IMG/VR virus record: IMGVR_UViG_3300021961_000053
Location: 19,216 to 83,215 of that record
DNA length: 64,000 nt
Strand: one strand, 5' to 3'
Source: a virus
This document shows positions 9,277-17,170 of the stretch, piece after piece. Every line of letters starts with the position of its first letter. Within the stretch, counting starts at the first letter, position 1. Position numbers and translations under genes: made by a program. The notes beneath the pieces were generated by a model, which saw only the letters and a list, made by a program, of their open reading frames with translations, had not been told where the DNA came from and did no database searches.

Positions 9277-10101
9277 ATGACACCGCTCCAGCGCCTTGAG
9301 TCCATTTTAACCGCAGTATATGACAATGCTAGACATTTAGAGACTGCTGCTGATCAAGTATACATGTCATGCTTCCGAACAGGAACTGATCTTGTTGCTC
9401 TCCTGGATAACATTCAGTCCGATAAGGTGTTTGATGTAAATACTTTTAGCGCAGCATCTGCTGGCAATATCTTTGATTACATACAAGAAGAGTTTCGTGA
9501 ATGTGTTTCACGTTTTGTTAATATTACTGCTGGTGGAAATGGCGGTATGGCGTCAATTGGGCGTGGAGAGTTCATGATTTCGTTCGCTAGTAATTTCCAA
9601 GCGAAGATTAGCAAGGCAGGCAAGGGAGATCTGGAATATGTTGTCAAACGCATCAATGAAGAAGTAAAGTGGAACGGTGGTAAGATCGAAGTATCTAAAA
9701 CTCAAGGTAAAGAAGTTTATAAGACCTTTATTTCTCTGCTGAAGCAGAACAATGATATTGATCTTATCATCAAAGACTTCCTCCCCTTCCGTAAAAAAGA
9801 TAAAAAAGTTTATGATGCTGACACCATTGCTGTCTTGAATTCTTATTTTTGGCAAGCTGTCTCTGGGCAAAAATGTGGTCCTCTCACAGACTCTGAGTTG
9901 AAAAAACTCTGTCTCCGTTGTGCCTTTGACCTCACCTTCACTAAATCTGATTCTATTTTAATTGTCAATGAAGATGGTAAGTTCGTTCGCTTTACAGATG
10001 CAGATACTGCTGTAGAATACTACCACAATAAAATTGATAAAGTTGATCTGGAAATTCGTGCCAAGCAAACCAATCCCATCGCCATTTACTTATTTGTATG
10101 A
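9277..10101 (+). CDS. Putative PD-(D/E)XK endonuclease (restriction-enzyme-like)
   Basis: GRGE...KGDLEY...EEVK catalytic-like pattern; start moved to 9277, downstream of the promoter; ATGA-coupled to a methyltransferase. Confidence 0.5.
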   Translation: MTPLQRLESILTAVYDNARHLETAADQVYMSCFRTGTDLVALLDNIQSDKVFDVNTFSAASAGNIFDYIQEEFRECVSRFVNITAGGNGGMASIGRGEFMISFASNFQAKISKAGKGDLEYVVKRINEEVKWNGGKIEVSKTQGKEVYKTFISLLKQNNDIDLIIKDFLPFRKKDKKVYDADTIAVLNSYFWQAVSGQKCGPLTDSELKKLCLRCAFDLTFTKSDSILIVNEDGKFVRFTDADTAVEYYHNKIDKVDLEIRAKQTNPIAIYLFV

Positions 10102-10865
10102 CTTTTGATTTACAACTAGGTGACTGTCTGGACCTCATGCGTGAGATTCCAGATGAATCCATCGATTTTATTTGCTGTGACCCACCCTACGGCACCACCA
10201 CCATCAAGTGGGATGAGATTTTAGATTTTGATGCCATGTGGGAGCAATATGGTCGCATCATTAAACCCCAGGGCATGATGTGTCTGTTTGGATCACAACC
10301 ATTTTCTGCACAGTTGATATGCTCCAAGATCAACTGGTTCAAGTATGAATTGGTGTGGAACAAGAACAAGTGTGGTTCTCCTGGTCTTGCAAAGTATAGA
10401 CCCATGAAGACACATGAAAATATACTGCTGTTCTCTAAGAAACCAGGCGGAGTATATAATCCTCAGATGGAGGTTGGAGAACCATTTAAAAGAAAGAGTA
10501 AGAACCCAGAAGGATATGTGAGCAAAAGAAATCCTCATGGTTATGGACTGAAACCAGTGAAAGAGTTTGAGAACAATGGCACACGCTATCCTAAGTCTGT
10601 TCTGAATATCTCACGCGATTTTAGCGCACAACAGCAAGTACATCCCACACAAAAACCTGTGCCTTTGATGGAGTGGTTGATCAAGACATACTCTAATGAG
10701 GGTGATACTGTGCTCGATAATTGCATGGGATCTGGTTCTACTGGTGTTGCCGCAGTGAAACTTAATCGTAAGTTCATTGGCATGGAGTCAGACACAGAAT
10801 ACTATTCTATCGCTGAAAAGAGAATAAAAGAAGCGGATAGAGTTGACATCAATCATTTTTTGTGA
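10098..10865 (+). CDS. DNA N6-adenine/N4-cytosine methyltransferase, beta class
   Basis: Motif IV DPPY near the N-terminus, HPTQKP, motif I VLDNCMGSGSTG near the C-terminus. Confidence 0.93.
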   Translation: MTFDLQLGDCLDLMREIPDESIDFICCDPPYGTTTIKWDEILDFDAMWEQYGRIIKPQGMMCLFGSQPFSAQLICSKINWFKYELVWNKNKCGSPGLAKYRPMKTHENILLFSKKPGGVYNPQMEVGEPFKRKSKNPEGYVSKRNPHGYGLKPVKEFENNGTRYPKSVLNISRDFSAQQQVHPTQKPVPLMEWLIKTYSNEGDTVLDNCMGSGSTGVAAVKLNRKFIGMESDTEYYSIAEKRIKEADRVDINHFL

Positions 10866-10871
10866 TAAAAT
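10843..10871 (+). promoter_or_regulatory. Sigma70-type promoter TTGACA-N17-TAAAAT
   Basis: Consensus -35, TG-extended -10, AAGGAG RBS before the 10932 ATG. Confidence 0.7.
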
Positions 10872-10931
10872 AATTTAGTAACTAGAAACAGACAATTTCT
10901 GTTTCTCTCTAAACATTTAAGGAGACCTATT

Positions 10932-12023
10932 ATGTCTTTTGCAACACCACCAATCATTGAACGAGTTATGTTCTATGACTGGTTAGATGAAAAAAAGTAC
11001 CTAGTCAATCCAATTGAGAGACCGTACAAGGAACGAGCAAAACGAGCTGATGTCATTGACCGATTTAATCCATGGCAGTCTATCCATTATCTTGGTCACG
11101 CTACGGAACTCCAAGTAGATGATGTTGATGAAGTCAGCGGTATAAAATATAAGAAAGGAACCATATTCAAGTTGGATATGCATACCAGACCCCAAGTAAT
11201 CATCAATGGGGATAGTGATGCAACTCCAGAGTTAATTGATAAAAACGGTGGATTTTTAATTTCCAAGGAGAAAGCTTTCAGCATTAAAGACGTAAAAGCA
11301 CAGTACAAGCGGCATGACAGTGCAGAGGCAGTAGAAAAAAGATCTGATGCAATGTATTCTGCTTTCTATTCTGCTTACTATGATACTCTGGTTCCACAAC
11401 CAGATAATCCTGCCTTCATGAAGGCTCAACCGCTTTCATATGCTGCATTCTACACATTTGGATGGGATGAAATAAAGAAAAAAGGATTCAAGTCTGACAG
11501 TGGGTTAGATCAAGAAACACTTTCTTATGCTGTGAAAGCATTTATGTCCTATTACGACAAACTTGATAACATCACTTTTAACACTAAAAAGATGTCATCA
11601 AAGAGTGATGCGGCACATGTGTATGCTTCTATCAGATGGGATAGTTGGTTGTATTTTGCTAGTCTGATGGTTGGTCATCATCATAACTGGTCGCCTGCTT
11701 GGTATCAGACAGTTCTGCAAATCAACAACTGTGATTTAACAGGTTTAGATCTCACTGGAAAAAAAGGATCAACAGCACTTGCTCTCCTTTGTCGTGAATG
11801 GGATCAAACTAATGGAGCACCAGCACACCCAGACAAACGTTTAAATAAAGGACAACTTGGTGGTTCGTTGATAGATCAATTGTTCTTTTTGTTTGATGCT
11901 GCTATCCAAGAACCTAATAAGAGATTCAAGAGTATTTTTACTGAAAGTAATGGATACTTTGATAATGTATACAAATTCAGATTAAATCAATCTAAGAAGA
12001 ATAGTATCTCTTACTTCTTTTAA
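10932..12023 (+). CDS. Hypothetical protein (363 aa), possible ParB/Srx-like N-terminal domain
   Basis: Own promoter and RBS; FKLDMHTR resembles a degenerate hhDGxxR motif; AT-richer than neighbours. Confidence 0.55.
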   Translation: MSFATPPIIERVMFYDWLDEKKYLVNPIERPYKERAKRADVIDRFNPWQSIHYLGHATELQVDDVDEVSGIKYKKGTIFKLDMHTRPQVIINGDSDATPELIDKNGGFLISKEKAFSIKDVKAQYKRHDSAEAVEKRSDAMYSAFYSAYYDTLVPQPDNPAFMKAQPLSYAAFYTFGWDEIKKKGFKSDSGLDQETLSYAVKAFMSYYDKLDNITFNTKKMSSKSDAAHVYASIRWDSWLYFASLMVGHHHNWSPAWYQTVLQINNCDLTGLDLTGKKGSTALALLCREWDQTNGAPAHPDKRLNKGQLGGSLIDQLFFLFDAAIQEPNKRFKSIFTESNGYFDNVYKFRLNQSKKNSISYFF

Positions 12024-12032
12024 ATATTTCAT

Positions 12033-12091
12033 GTGCCACTTTTCAAAGTGTCACAGGGGGTCCTCGTGACCCCTTTTTTATGCCCTATACT
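12033..12091 (+). promoter_or_regulatory. Palindrome/stem-loop/-10 early promoter unit, copy 3
   Basis: GTGCCAC-TTTTCAAA-GTGTCAC, hairpin GGGGTC-CTCGT-GACCCC plus T tract, TATACT at 12086-12091. Confidence 0.8.
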
Positions 12092-12116
12092 ACAAAGGTA
12101 GTCAAGGGAACACCCC

Positions 12117-12359
12117 ATGCAACTCCTGAACTCTGCCACTCAAGTCGATTTCTTTCCTGTCGCTGGTGGCAAGCGTTTCGTCAAGCGCGTGATCTGGCAT
12201 CCTGGTGCTGCTAGCGAGATGATCTCCTTCTCCACCGTTGTCAAGAGCGATGCTCTCTATTCTATCCGCAACCTGATCGCTAACGGTGCTGAGGTGACTG
12301 ACTTCAACACTGAAGCATACTCTGGTTCTGATTATAATCCTATGGCAGGTGCTTGCTGA
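12117..12359 (+). CDS. Hypothetical early protein (80 aa)
   Basis: First ORF after promoter copy 3; C-ending codon bias. Confidence 0.75.
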   Translation: MQLLNSATQVDFFPVAGGKRFVKRVIWHPGAASEMISFSTVVKSDALYSIRNLIANGAEVTDFNTEAYSGSDYNPMAGAC

Positions 12360-12393
12360 TCTTCAAGATCTTTTTTCCCCTGAAACTATCACC

Positions 12394-12573
12394 ATGTTTC
12401 CATTTCTCCTGGCTACAGTTACCGCATTTCAAGATCCTAATGTTGCGCCTGAGTATATACAGCGTCATTGTGCTGCTGTCATTGGCATCCCTTATGCTTC
12501 CGACAACTTCTCAGAAGAAGAATGGTGGCAATACGTGGGATGTGTCCGTGATCATCTAAGACATGATGTTTGA
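12394..12573 (+). CDS. Hypothetical protein, possible signal peptide, two Cys
   Basis: MFPFLLATVTAFQ hydrophobic start at ATG 12394. Confidence 0.55.
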   Translation: MFPFLLATVTAFQDPNVAPEYIQRHCAAVIGIPYASDNFSEEEWWQYVGCVRDHLRHDV

Positions 12574-12850
12574 ATTTCCGCATCAACCTCCGCGTGGTTA
12601 CACATATGAAATCATGCCTCATAAGCGTAATATTCTTTCTATTTGGATCTGTAACCACAGCAAGTTTAGTTATACTGACGATACTCCTGTTAAATCCATC
12701 TGGGGATTTTATAATACAAAGACACGCGAATACATTGCTCCAATCAATGCAGAAAAACCTGGAAAAGTGGTAGCATTTGATGATACCACGCCCTACAGCG
12801 CCATGCAGATCCTGAAACCGCTGCGCCCCAGTGTCCTATCGTTCTGCTAG
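12563..12850 (+). CDS. Cyanophage-type hypothetical protein (FPHQPPRGY...SIWGFY...TTPYSAM)
   Basis: Motif pattern I recall from T4-like cyanophage hypothetical proteins; overlaps the upstream stop. Confidence 0.7.
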   Translation: MMFEFPHQPPRGYTYEIMPHKRNILSIWICNHSKFSYTDDTPVKSIWGFYNTKTREYIAPINAEKPGKVVAFDDTTPYSAMQILKPLRPSVLSFC

Positions 12851-12895
12851 AGGCGTCTAGAAGCGCCTGTAATGCCCCTCTGACCCCTGTGACCT

Positions 12896-13072
12896 ATGAA
12901 GACTGCTGAAGTCCCCCTGACCGCCTCTGAACTGAAGTTCCTGATCGATGTGCTGTGGGGTGCTCCCATCGCCACGGTCAAGGATGCAGCATTGCGCCAT
13001 GGTCTCTCTGATTCTGACGTGGAGGGACACTTGGTAAAGTGTCTAGGATACCTCGCCTGTGAGTCCGATTGA
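12896..13072 (+). CDS. Hypothetical protein (58 aa, not in ORF track)
   Basis: Hand translation MKTAEVPLTASELKFLIDVLWG...CESD; its 3' end contains palindrome copy 4. Confidence 0.6.
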   Translation: MKTAEVPLTASELKFLIDVLWGAPIATVKDAALRHGLSDSDVEGHLVKCLGYLACESD

Positions 13073-13081
13073 CCCTATACT
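13024..13081 (+). promoter_or_regulatory. Palindrome early promoter unit, copy 4
   Basis: GGGACAC-TTGGTAAA-GTGTCTA, 30-nt gap, TATACT at 13076-13081. Confidence 0.75.
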
Positions 13082-13106
13082 ACAAAGGTAGTCAAGGGAA
13101 CGACCC

Positions 13107-13262
13107 ATGATCGGTGACACCACTGAAGACAAACAACTCCGCCGCATGATCCTCAATGCTATTGAGGGTTATGACATTGAGATGCTCAAGCGCATTGCTT
13201 ATGAAGTGCGTTGTGAAGAGATGGGCATCTATCCCGACCACACTTACACCAACCTGAAATGA
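13107..13262 (+). CDS. Hypothetical protein (51 aa)
   Basis: Hand translation MIGDTTEDKQLRRMILNAIEG...; follows the promoter; ATGA-coupled. Confidence 0.65.
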   Translation: MIGDTTEDKQLRRMILNAIEGYDIEMLKRIAYEVRCEEMGIYPDHTYTNLK

Positions 13263-13414
13263 AAACCTCTTACTGGTTCCTTGCTGTCATTGCCATTCTC
13301 ATGTATAATGGTTTCTTAGCACAGCGCGATGCCAAGATGTTTGAAGCATACGATCGCGCCTGTGCTGAATTGCCTACAGGGCACCCTGATTGTGTGTTTG
13401 CTAAGAAAAAATGA
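13259..13414 (+). CDS. Small membrane/secreted protein (51 aa)
   Basis: MKTSYWFLAVIAILMYNGFLA hydrophobic helix; ATGA coupling at both ends. Confidence 0.65.
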   Translation: MKTSYWFLAVIAILMYNGFLAQRDAKMFEAYDRACAELPTGHPDCVFAKKK

Positions 13415-13713
13415 TTGCTGCTTTAATGTGTGGCGTTGCCACATTCTACGGCATGGGTGATGGTTTCCATGGTAACATTACTGCTTCTGGTGAGCGTTTC
13501 GATGCTTATCGATGGACTGCTGCTCACCCTTATCTCCCGATGGGTAGTAAAATCCGTGTCACGAACCAAGATAACGGCAAACAAGTAATTGTCCGTGTCA
13601 ATGATCGTGGTCCATTCTCTCATGCTGATCTAGACTTATCCTATGCTGCGTTCGCGCACATAGAATCTACCCGCAAGGGTAATGCTACTGTTTGTTATCG
13701 CGTTATTGGTTAA
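13411..13713 (+). CDS. rlpA: RlpA-like double-psi beta-barrel lytic transglycosylase
   Basis: ATFYG..FHG..TASGERFD...TAAHP.LP.G...VTN..NG..V.VRVNDRGP..DLS signature. Confidence 0.9.
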   Translation: MIAALMCGVATFYGMGDGFHGNITASGERFDAYRWTAAHPYLPMGSKIRVTNQDNGKQVIVRVNDRGPFSHADLDLSYAAFAHIESTRKGNATVCYRVIG

Positions 13714-13715
13714 TT

Positions 13716-13844
13716 ATGGAAGAAGTTTTGCTTGACCGTTACATCCTGAGCCAACTGGATGCTTATGATCTTGATCTCAGTGAAGATAACTGGGATGAGA
13801 TGCCTAAAGAACAACTATCTGATGAGGTTTTGGAATTGCTGTGA
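13716..13844 (+). CDS. Small acidic hypothetical protein (42 aa)
   Basis: Hand translation MEEVLLDRYILSQLDAYDLDLSEDNWDE... Confidence 0.5.
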   Translation: MEEVLLDRYILSQLDAYDLDLSEDNWDEMPKEQLSDEVLELL

Positions 13845-13909
13845 TTAAACTGCTCGTGGTTGTTGCTGCCATTTATATCCTATGGGAACCAGCACGACCG
13901 ATCCGCCAT

Positions 13910-13967
13910 GTGACAGCTGACATACTGGCACATACTGCCGATCTTGTGCGCCGCTAGACCCTATACT
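13910..13967 (+). promoter_or_regulatory. Palindrome early promoter unit, copy 5
   Basis: GTGACAG-CTGACATA-CTGGCAC, 30-nt gap, TATACT at 13962-13967. Confidence 0.8.
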
Positions 13968-13994
13968 GATTACATCAGCGAAAGACACCACCCC

Positions 13995-14348
13995 ATGACC
14001 GCCACCTTCGCCCAGTTCCAAGCAGAGCAAGACGCTCGCAACACCATCCAACTCAACATTGTCAAGTATGGTATGATGCTGTGTGATGCTCTCCAGCAGA
14101 CTGCTCCTGACGGTTACTTCTACTCTCTGGATTCTTCTGGTCGCAAGTATCACAAAGTCTTCATGCATATTGATGATCGCCGCGATAGCATCCACGCTTT
14201 CATCGACAAGAAGACTGGTGAAGTGTTCAAACCTGCTAGTCTGAAAGCGCCTGCCAAGGGTGCTCGCTACAACGTTCTCTCCATTCCTTCCCGCGAAGAG
14301 ATGTTTGAGCGTTGTGATTGGGCAGGTGGTTACCTCTACATGCGTTGA
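13995..14348 (+). CDS. Conserved-type phage early protein (GRKYHKV...HAFIDKKTGEVFKPAS.KAPAKG.RY...DWAGGYLY)
   Basis: Motif pattern I recall as widespread in phage hypothetical proteins; start reassigned to ATG 13995 after the promoter. Confidence 0.8.
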   Translation: MTATFAQFQAEQDARNTIQLNIVKYGMMLCDALQQTAPDGYFYSLDSSGRKYHKVFMHIDDRRDSIHAFIDKKTGEVFKPASLKAPAKGARYNVLSIPSREEMFERCDWAGGYLYMR

Positions 14349-14373
14349 CATTCCGCGCCTTCTCTGCTAAATT
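14345..14373 (+). promoter_or_regulatory. Sigma70-type promoter TTGACA-N17-TAAATT
   Basis: Consensus -35 and TG-extended -10 before the 14401 ORF. Confidence 0.55.
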
Positions 14374-14400
14374 ACTCTAGAGTTCAATCGCTTTCCTCTC

Positions 14401-14634
14401 ATGACTGCCCCTCGTTTCTATTTGGTTGCTAACGAAGACGCTTTCATTCTTGATAATGATGGCGTGACTGTTTATGGTGCTCCTGTCAATTCTGATGGCA
14501 CTGTAGATTTTGAGTGTGCCTACGATTTTGATCCATGTGAGGATGAATTAGAGTATGTTGCTCACATGAGCAAATGTTTGATTGATTCTGCTAAACTGTA
14601 CCACGAACACAACGTTGAGGTCTTTATCAAATGA
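14401..14634 (+). CDS. Hypothetical protein (77 aa)
   Basis: First gene of an ATGA-coupled string. Confidence 0.7.
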   Translation: MTAPRFYLVANEDAFILDNDGVTVYGAPVNSDGTVDFECAYDFDPCEDELEYVAHMSKCLIDSAKLYHEHNVEVFIK

Positions 14635-14879
14635 ACATGCTTCAAGAGCACATCCGCGAGTACATCAATCCATTTCCCAATCGTTACACTCGTGGATCGT
14701 GGGAAATCCGTGTTCTTCCGCACGAAGATCTAGATTATGATGGTGTAGAGAAGTTCTGGCGTCTCTTCAAGAAGTTTCCTAACGATTTTGCTGCTGCTGC
14801 CGTCTCTCTGCTCCCTGATGATGTAGAATTCATTCAGTACGACCACCTCAACAACATTCTCTTCGCTAACAAACTATGA
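14631..14879 (+). CDS. Hypothetical protein (82 aa)
   Basis: ATGA coupling at both ends. Confidence 0.7.
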   Translation: MNMLQEHIREYINPFPNRYTRGSWEIRVLPHEDLDYDGVEKFWRLFKKFPNDFAAAAVSLLPDDVEFIQYDHLNNILFANKL

Positions 14880-15088
14880 GTACCGACATCGAACGCCTTT
14901 CAGCACAACGCGACGACATCTACGATTACATGTGTGATCGTTTCAAGCAGATGATTGCTGAAGACCGTCATGATGATGCTATGGCAATTGCAGATGAGTT
15001 CTTTGAGTGGTTGGACCCTGAACAAATGGATCTCGAAGAAACATTCTACTATGACGAGCGCGAACTCATCAAACTCACCAATGAGTGA
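14876..15088 (+). CDS. Acidic hypothetical protein (70 aa)
   Basis: ATGA coupling. Confidence 0.7.
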   Translation: MSTDIERLSAQRDDIYDYMCDRFKQMIAEDRHDDAMAIADEFFEWLDPEQMDLEETFYYDERELIKLTNE

Positions 15089-15218
15089 GGAATTTCACAA
15101 ACTAATCATAGACTACATGACGGCATACAACAATGACGATTATGAGCTAGCAAATCTGTATCTCTCACAGATACAGGAGCATAACATGAAGGAGAAACTC
15201 AATGGAAGTGAAGATTGA
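15081..15218 (+). CDS. Hypothetical protein (45 aa, MSEEFHKLII...)
   Basis: Internal ATG overlapping the upstream stop. Confidence 0.55.
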   Translation: MSEEFHKLIIDYMTAYNNDDYELANLYLSQIQEHNMKEKLNGSED

Positions 15219-15372
15219 ACTGGGACCAGATCTTCAGTTAGAGTATCAATCATGGTTGGATGTGAAAGAGAGTCTTGGTATTGATCGTAGCATCAATAAC
15301 TTCCTCTACTATACATACAATTACGGAACATTTGCCAACCCCAAGAACCCTGACGACAATGACGATTCCTAA
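15202..15372 (+). CDS. Hypothetical protein (56 aa, not in ORF track)
   Basis: AAGGAG RBS; hand translation MEVKIELGPDLQLEYQSWLD... Confidence 0.6.
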   Translation: MEVKIELGPDLQLEYQSWLDVKESLGIDRSINNFLYYTYNYGTFANPKNPDDNDDS

Positions 15373-15745
15373 TTTCAAATCCCAAGAAGACTGGGAAGCA
15401 TTTACAGCAATGTTTGATGCTCGTTGGCATTGCAAGAAAGCATTGCTAGAGCGTGTCAAGGATGATCTCTATCCCAAATACAAGTGGGAAGAACTGACTG
15501 CAGGGGCAGTTGAAGTAATCAACGACATCGTTCAATCTCTGCTGTATGATGTAGAGTATGAGTTTGAACAAGTACATCCAGAGTATAAGCGTGATGATGA
15601 ATTGTTCATTCCACGCCGCTCATTCAAAGAAGATGTAGAGGAAGCACTGCTAGCTGCCAACCAGAAGTTCTGGAATAGTGCTAACGAGTGCGAACCATGT
15701 CCTCCCTGTGATGAACTGGCATGTACTGATCATCTAGGTGAGTGA
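15359..15745 (+). CDS. Hypothetical protein (128 aa, MTIPNFKSQEDW...)
   Basis: Start reassigned to ATG 15359; acidic helical protein with Cys-rich tail. Confidence 0.65.
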   Translation: MTIPNFKSQEDWEAFTAMFDARWHCKKALLERVKDDLYPKYKWEELTAGAVEVINDIVQSLLYDVEYEFEQVHPEYKRDDELFIPRRSFKEDVEEALLAANQKFWNSANECEPCPPCDELACTDHLGE

Positions 15746-15828
15746 AAAAGTGTATCATACGATCGACCGCATCGGAATGGTTTGTGGTAGAATCATTCCT
15801 GGCACATCATTCACAAGTTTGGAGGAAA

Positions 15829-16245
15829 ATGATTGACGTTAAAGAAAACGAAGACGGTACGTTCACAATCAGCTGGGACGAAAACGACCCAGAAGAAAGC
15901 ATCTTCAACGACTGGACAGAAAAAGACTTCACAGACGCAATCACGAACTACATCAACACTCTCAAAGAATCTGGCGTCCTTGACGACGACGGAGAGCAAA
16001 AGCTCACAGAAAGCATCGAGCAAATCAGCGAGTTCTTCTTCGAAGACTACGAAGACGCCTACGAAAACTACATCCAAGCGTCCTACGAAGTCAGCCCCTA
16101 CTACATCGACCAAACAGCAGAAGAAGTCCAGCAAGACATCGACACTGCCCGTCAATACATCCAAAGCACGAACGAAGAAACCTACGGAGAGCAAGCAATC
16201 CGTAAAGACGAAGGTGACGACCGACGCCCTCGTTTATTCTTCTGA
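15829..16245 (+). CDS. Highly acidic hypothetical protein (MIDVKENEDGTFTISWDENDP...)
   Basis: GGAGG immediately upstream; almost entirely overlapped by the next ORF in another frame. Confidence 0.55.
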   Translation: MIDVKENEDGTFTISWDENDPEESIFNDWTEKDFTDAITNYINTLKESGVLDDDGEQKLTESIEQISEFFFEDYEDAYENYIQASYEVSPYYIDQTAEEVQQDIDTARQYIQSTNEETYGEQAIRKDEGDDRRPRLFF

Positions 16246-16393
16246 TCTCACTCTATTCCCCTTTGTAGATACATTCCCGTATCGTCTAGAGGATAAGAGC
16301 GAGAAGAAAACCTGTTATTTCCAATGTGAATCTCATGCCAGAAAATACATCGACAGATACAAACCAGAATACCAGTTATACTGTTACTCTTGA
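15833..16393 (+). CDS. Basic K/S/T-rich protein with globular C-terminal domain (FPYRLEDK..KKTCYFQCE.HA.KYI.RY)
   Basis: TTG start 7 nt after GGAGG; C-terminal aromatic/Cys domain looks like a real fold; true start uncertain. Confidence 0.55.
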   Translation: MTLKKTKTVRSQSAGTKTTQKKASSTTGQKKTSQTQSRTTSTLSKNLASLTTTESKSSQKASSKSASSSSKTTKTPTKTTSKRPTKSAPTTSTKQQKKSSKTSTLPVNTSKARTKKPTESKQSVKTKVTTDALVYSSDLTLFPFVDTFPYRLEDKSEKKTCYFQCESHARKYIDRYKPEYQLYCYS

Positions 16394-16547
16394 GGAAGAT
16401 GGTGACGAGTGTATTCTACCTCTTCCTGATGAACTCATGGATCAATTAGGATGGTATGATGGGGATGAACTGGAATGGATCGTAAATGACGACAACACCA
16501 TCACGATCCGCAAGGTGCCAGTTGATGAAGTGGCACCCTGCCCCTGA
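16326..16547 (+). CDS. AbrB/MazE/SpoVT-family DNA-binding domain protein
   Basis: ILPLPDELMDQLGWYDGDELEWIVNDDNTITIRK matches the swapped-hairpin pattern. Confidence 0.75.
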   Translation: MNLMPENTSTDTNQNTSYTVTLEEDGDECILPLPDELMDQLGWYDGDELEWIVNDDNTITIRKVPVDEVAPCP

Positions 16548-16572
16548 CTCTGCCACCACTCTGCCCTATAAT
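16515..16572 (+). promoter_or_regulatory. Palindrome early promoter unit, copy 6
   Basis: GTGCCAG-TTGATGAA-GTGGCAC, 30-nt gap, TATAAT at 16567-16572. Confidence 0.8.
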
Positions 16573-16595
16573 TACAAGGTAATCGAGAGACACCC

Positions 16596-16973
16596 ATGGC
16601 AACCCGCTCCCGCATCGGTATCGAACTCAAGAACGGTTCTATTCTGTCTGCCTATCACCACTGGGATGGTTACCCCGAGTGGTTGGGTCGCATCCTGAAT
16701 ACTCATTACAATACTCGTGCTAAAGCTGCCGAACTGATTGATGGTGGTGACATGAGTGCTTGCTGGAATGATAACAAGCAAGCAGAATACTATGGCACGG
16801 ATTGCCCCCCGCGTCTTGATGCTGACCTTGCGGAATACCTGCTCCCCGAGAATAGCGAAGAGTTTGCATATGTCTTCCGTAATGATGAGTGGGTGTGCTA
16901 TAATATGCATGAGTTTGATGATAGCAAACTCCCTGAAGTTGTTGAGATCCCCTCTGGAGCATTGATGGCATGA
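16596..16973 (+). CDS. Conserved-type phage protein (MATRSRIG...YHHWDGYP...EEFAYVF)
   Basis: Recognisable widespread phage family pattern; function unknown. Confidence 0.8.
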   Translation: MATRSRIGIELKNGSILSAYHHWDGYPEWLGRILNTHYNTRAKAAELIDGGDMSACWNDNKQAEYYGTDCPPRLDADLAEYLLPENSEEFAYVFRNDEWVCYNMHEFDDSKLPEVVEIPSGALMA

Positions 16974-17170
16974 AGCGTGTAACTGTTCGTCCTAAATCAT
17001 CCAAAGCAAAGAACCGTCTTGCTAATATGATGGATGGCAATGCTATTTGTATTGTAGAGCAAGACAAAGGTGATGGTATGCTGTTCCTTGCTAGTGAGAA
17101 TGGCAAATACTTCTTCTGGGTGAATACTAGCAACGATTGTCACTGGGAAACTGAATGGGAGGTACTATGA
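16970..17170 (+). CDS. Hypothetical protein (V.PKSSKAKNRLANMM...)
   Basis: ATGA coupling; cyanophage-like motif. Confidence 0.7.
   Translation: MKRVTVRPKSSKAKNRLANMMDGNAICIVEQDKGDGMLFLASENGKYFFWVNTSNDCHWETEWEVL

Larger units (their letters stand above)
12083..13101 (+). repeat. Exact 29-bp direct repeat (12083-12111 and 13073-13101)
   Basis: CCCTATACTACAAAGGTAGTCAAGGGAAC occurs twice, 990 bp apart, covering the -10 box and leader. Confidence 0.9.

Noticed and set aside
12033-12054. Palindrome as a CRP or NtcA site
   Set aside because: CRP is TGTGA-N6-TCACA and NtcA is GTA-N8-TAC. The half-site spacing and sequence here fit neither.
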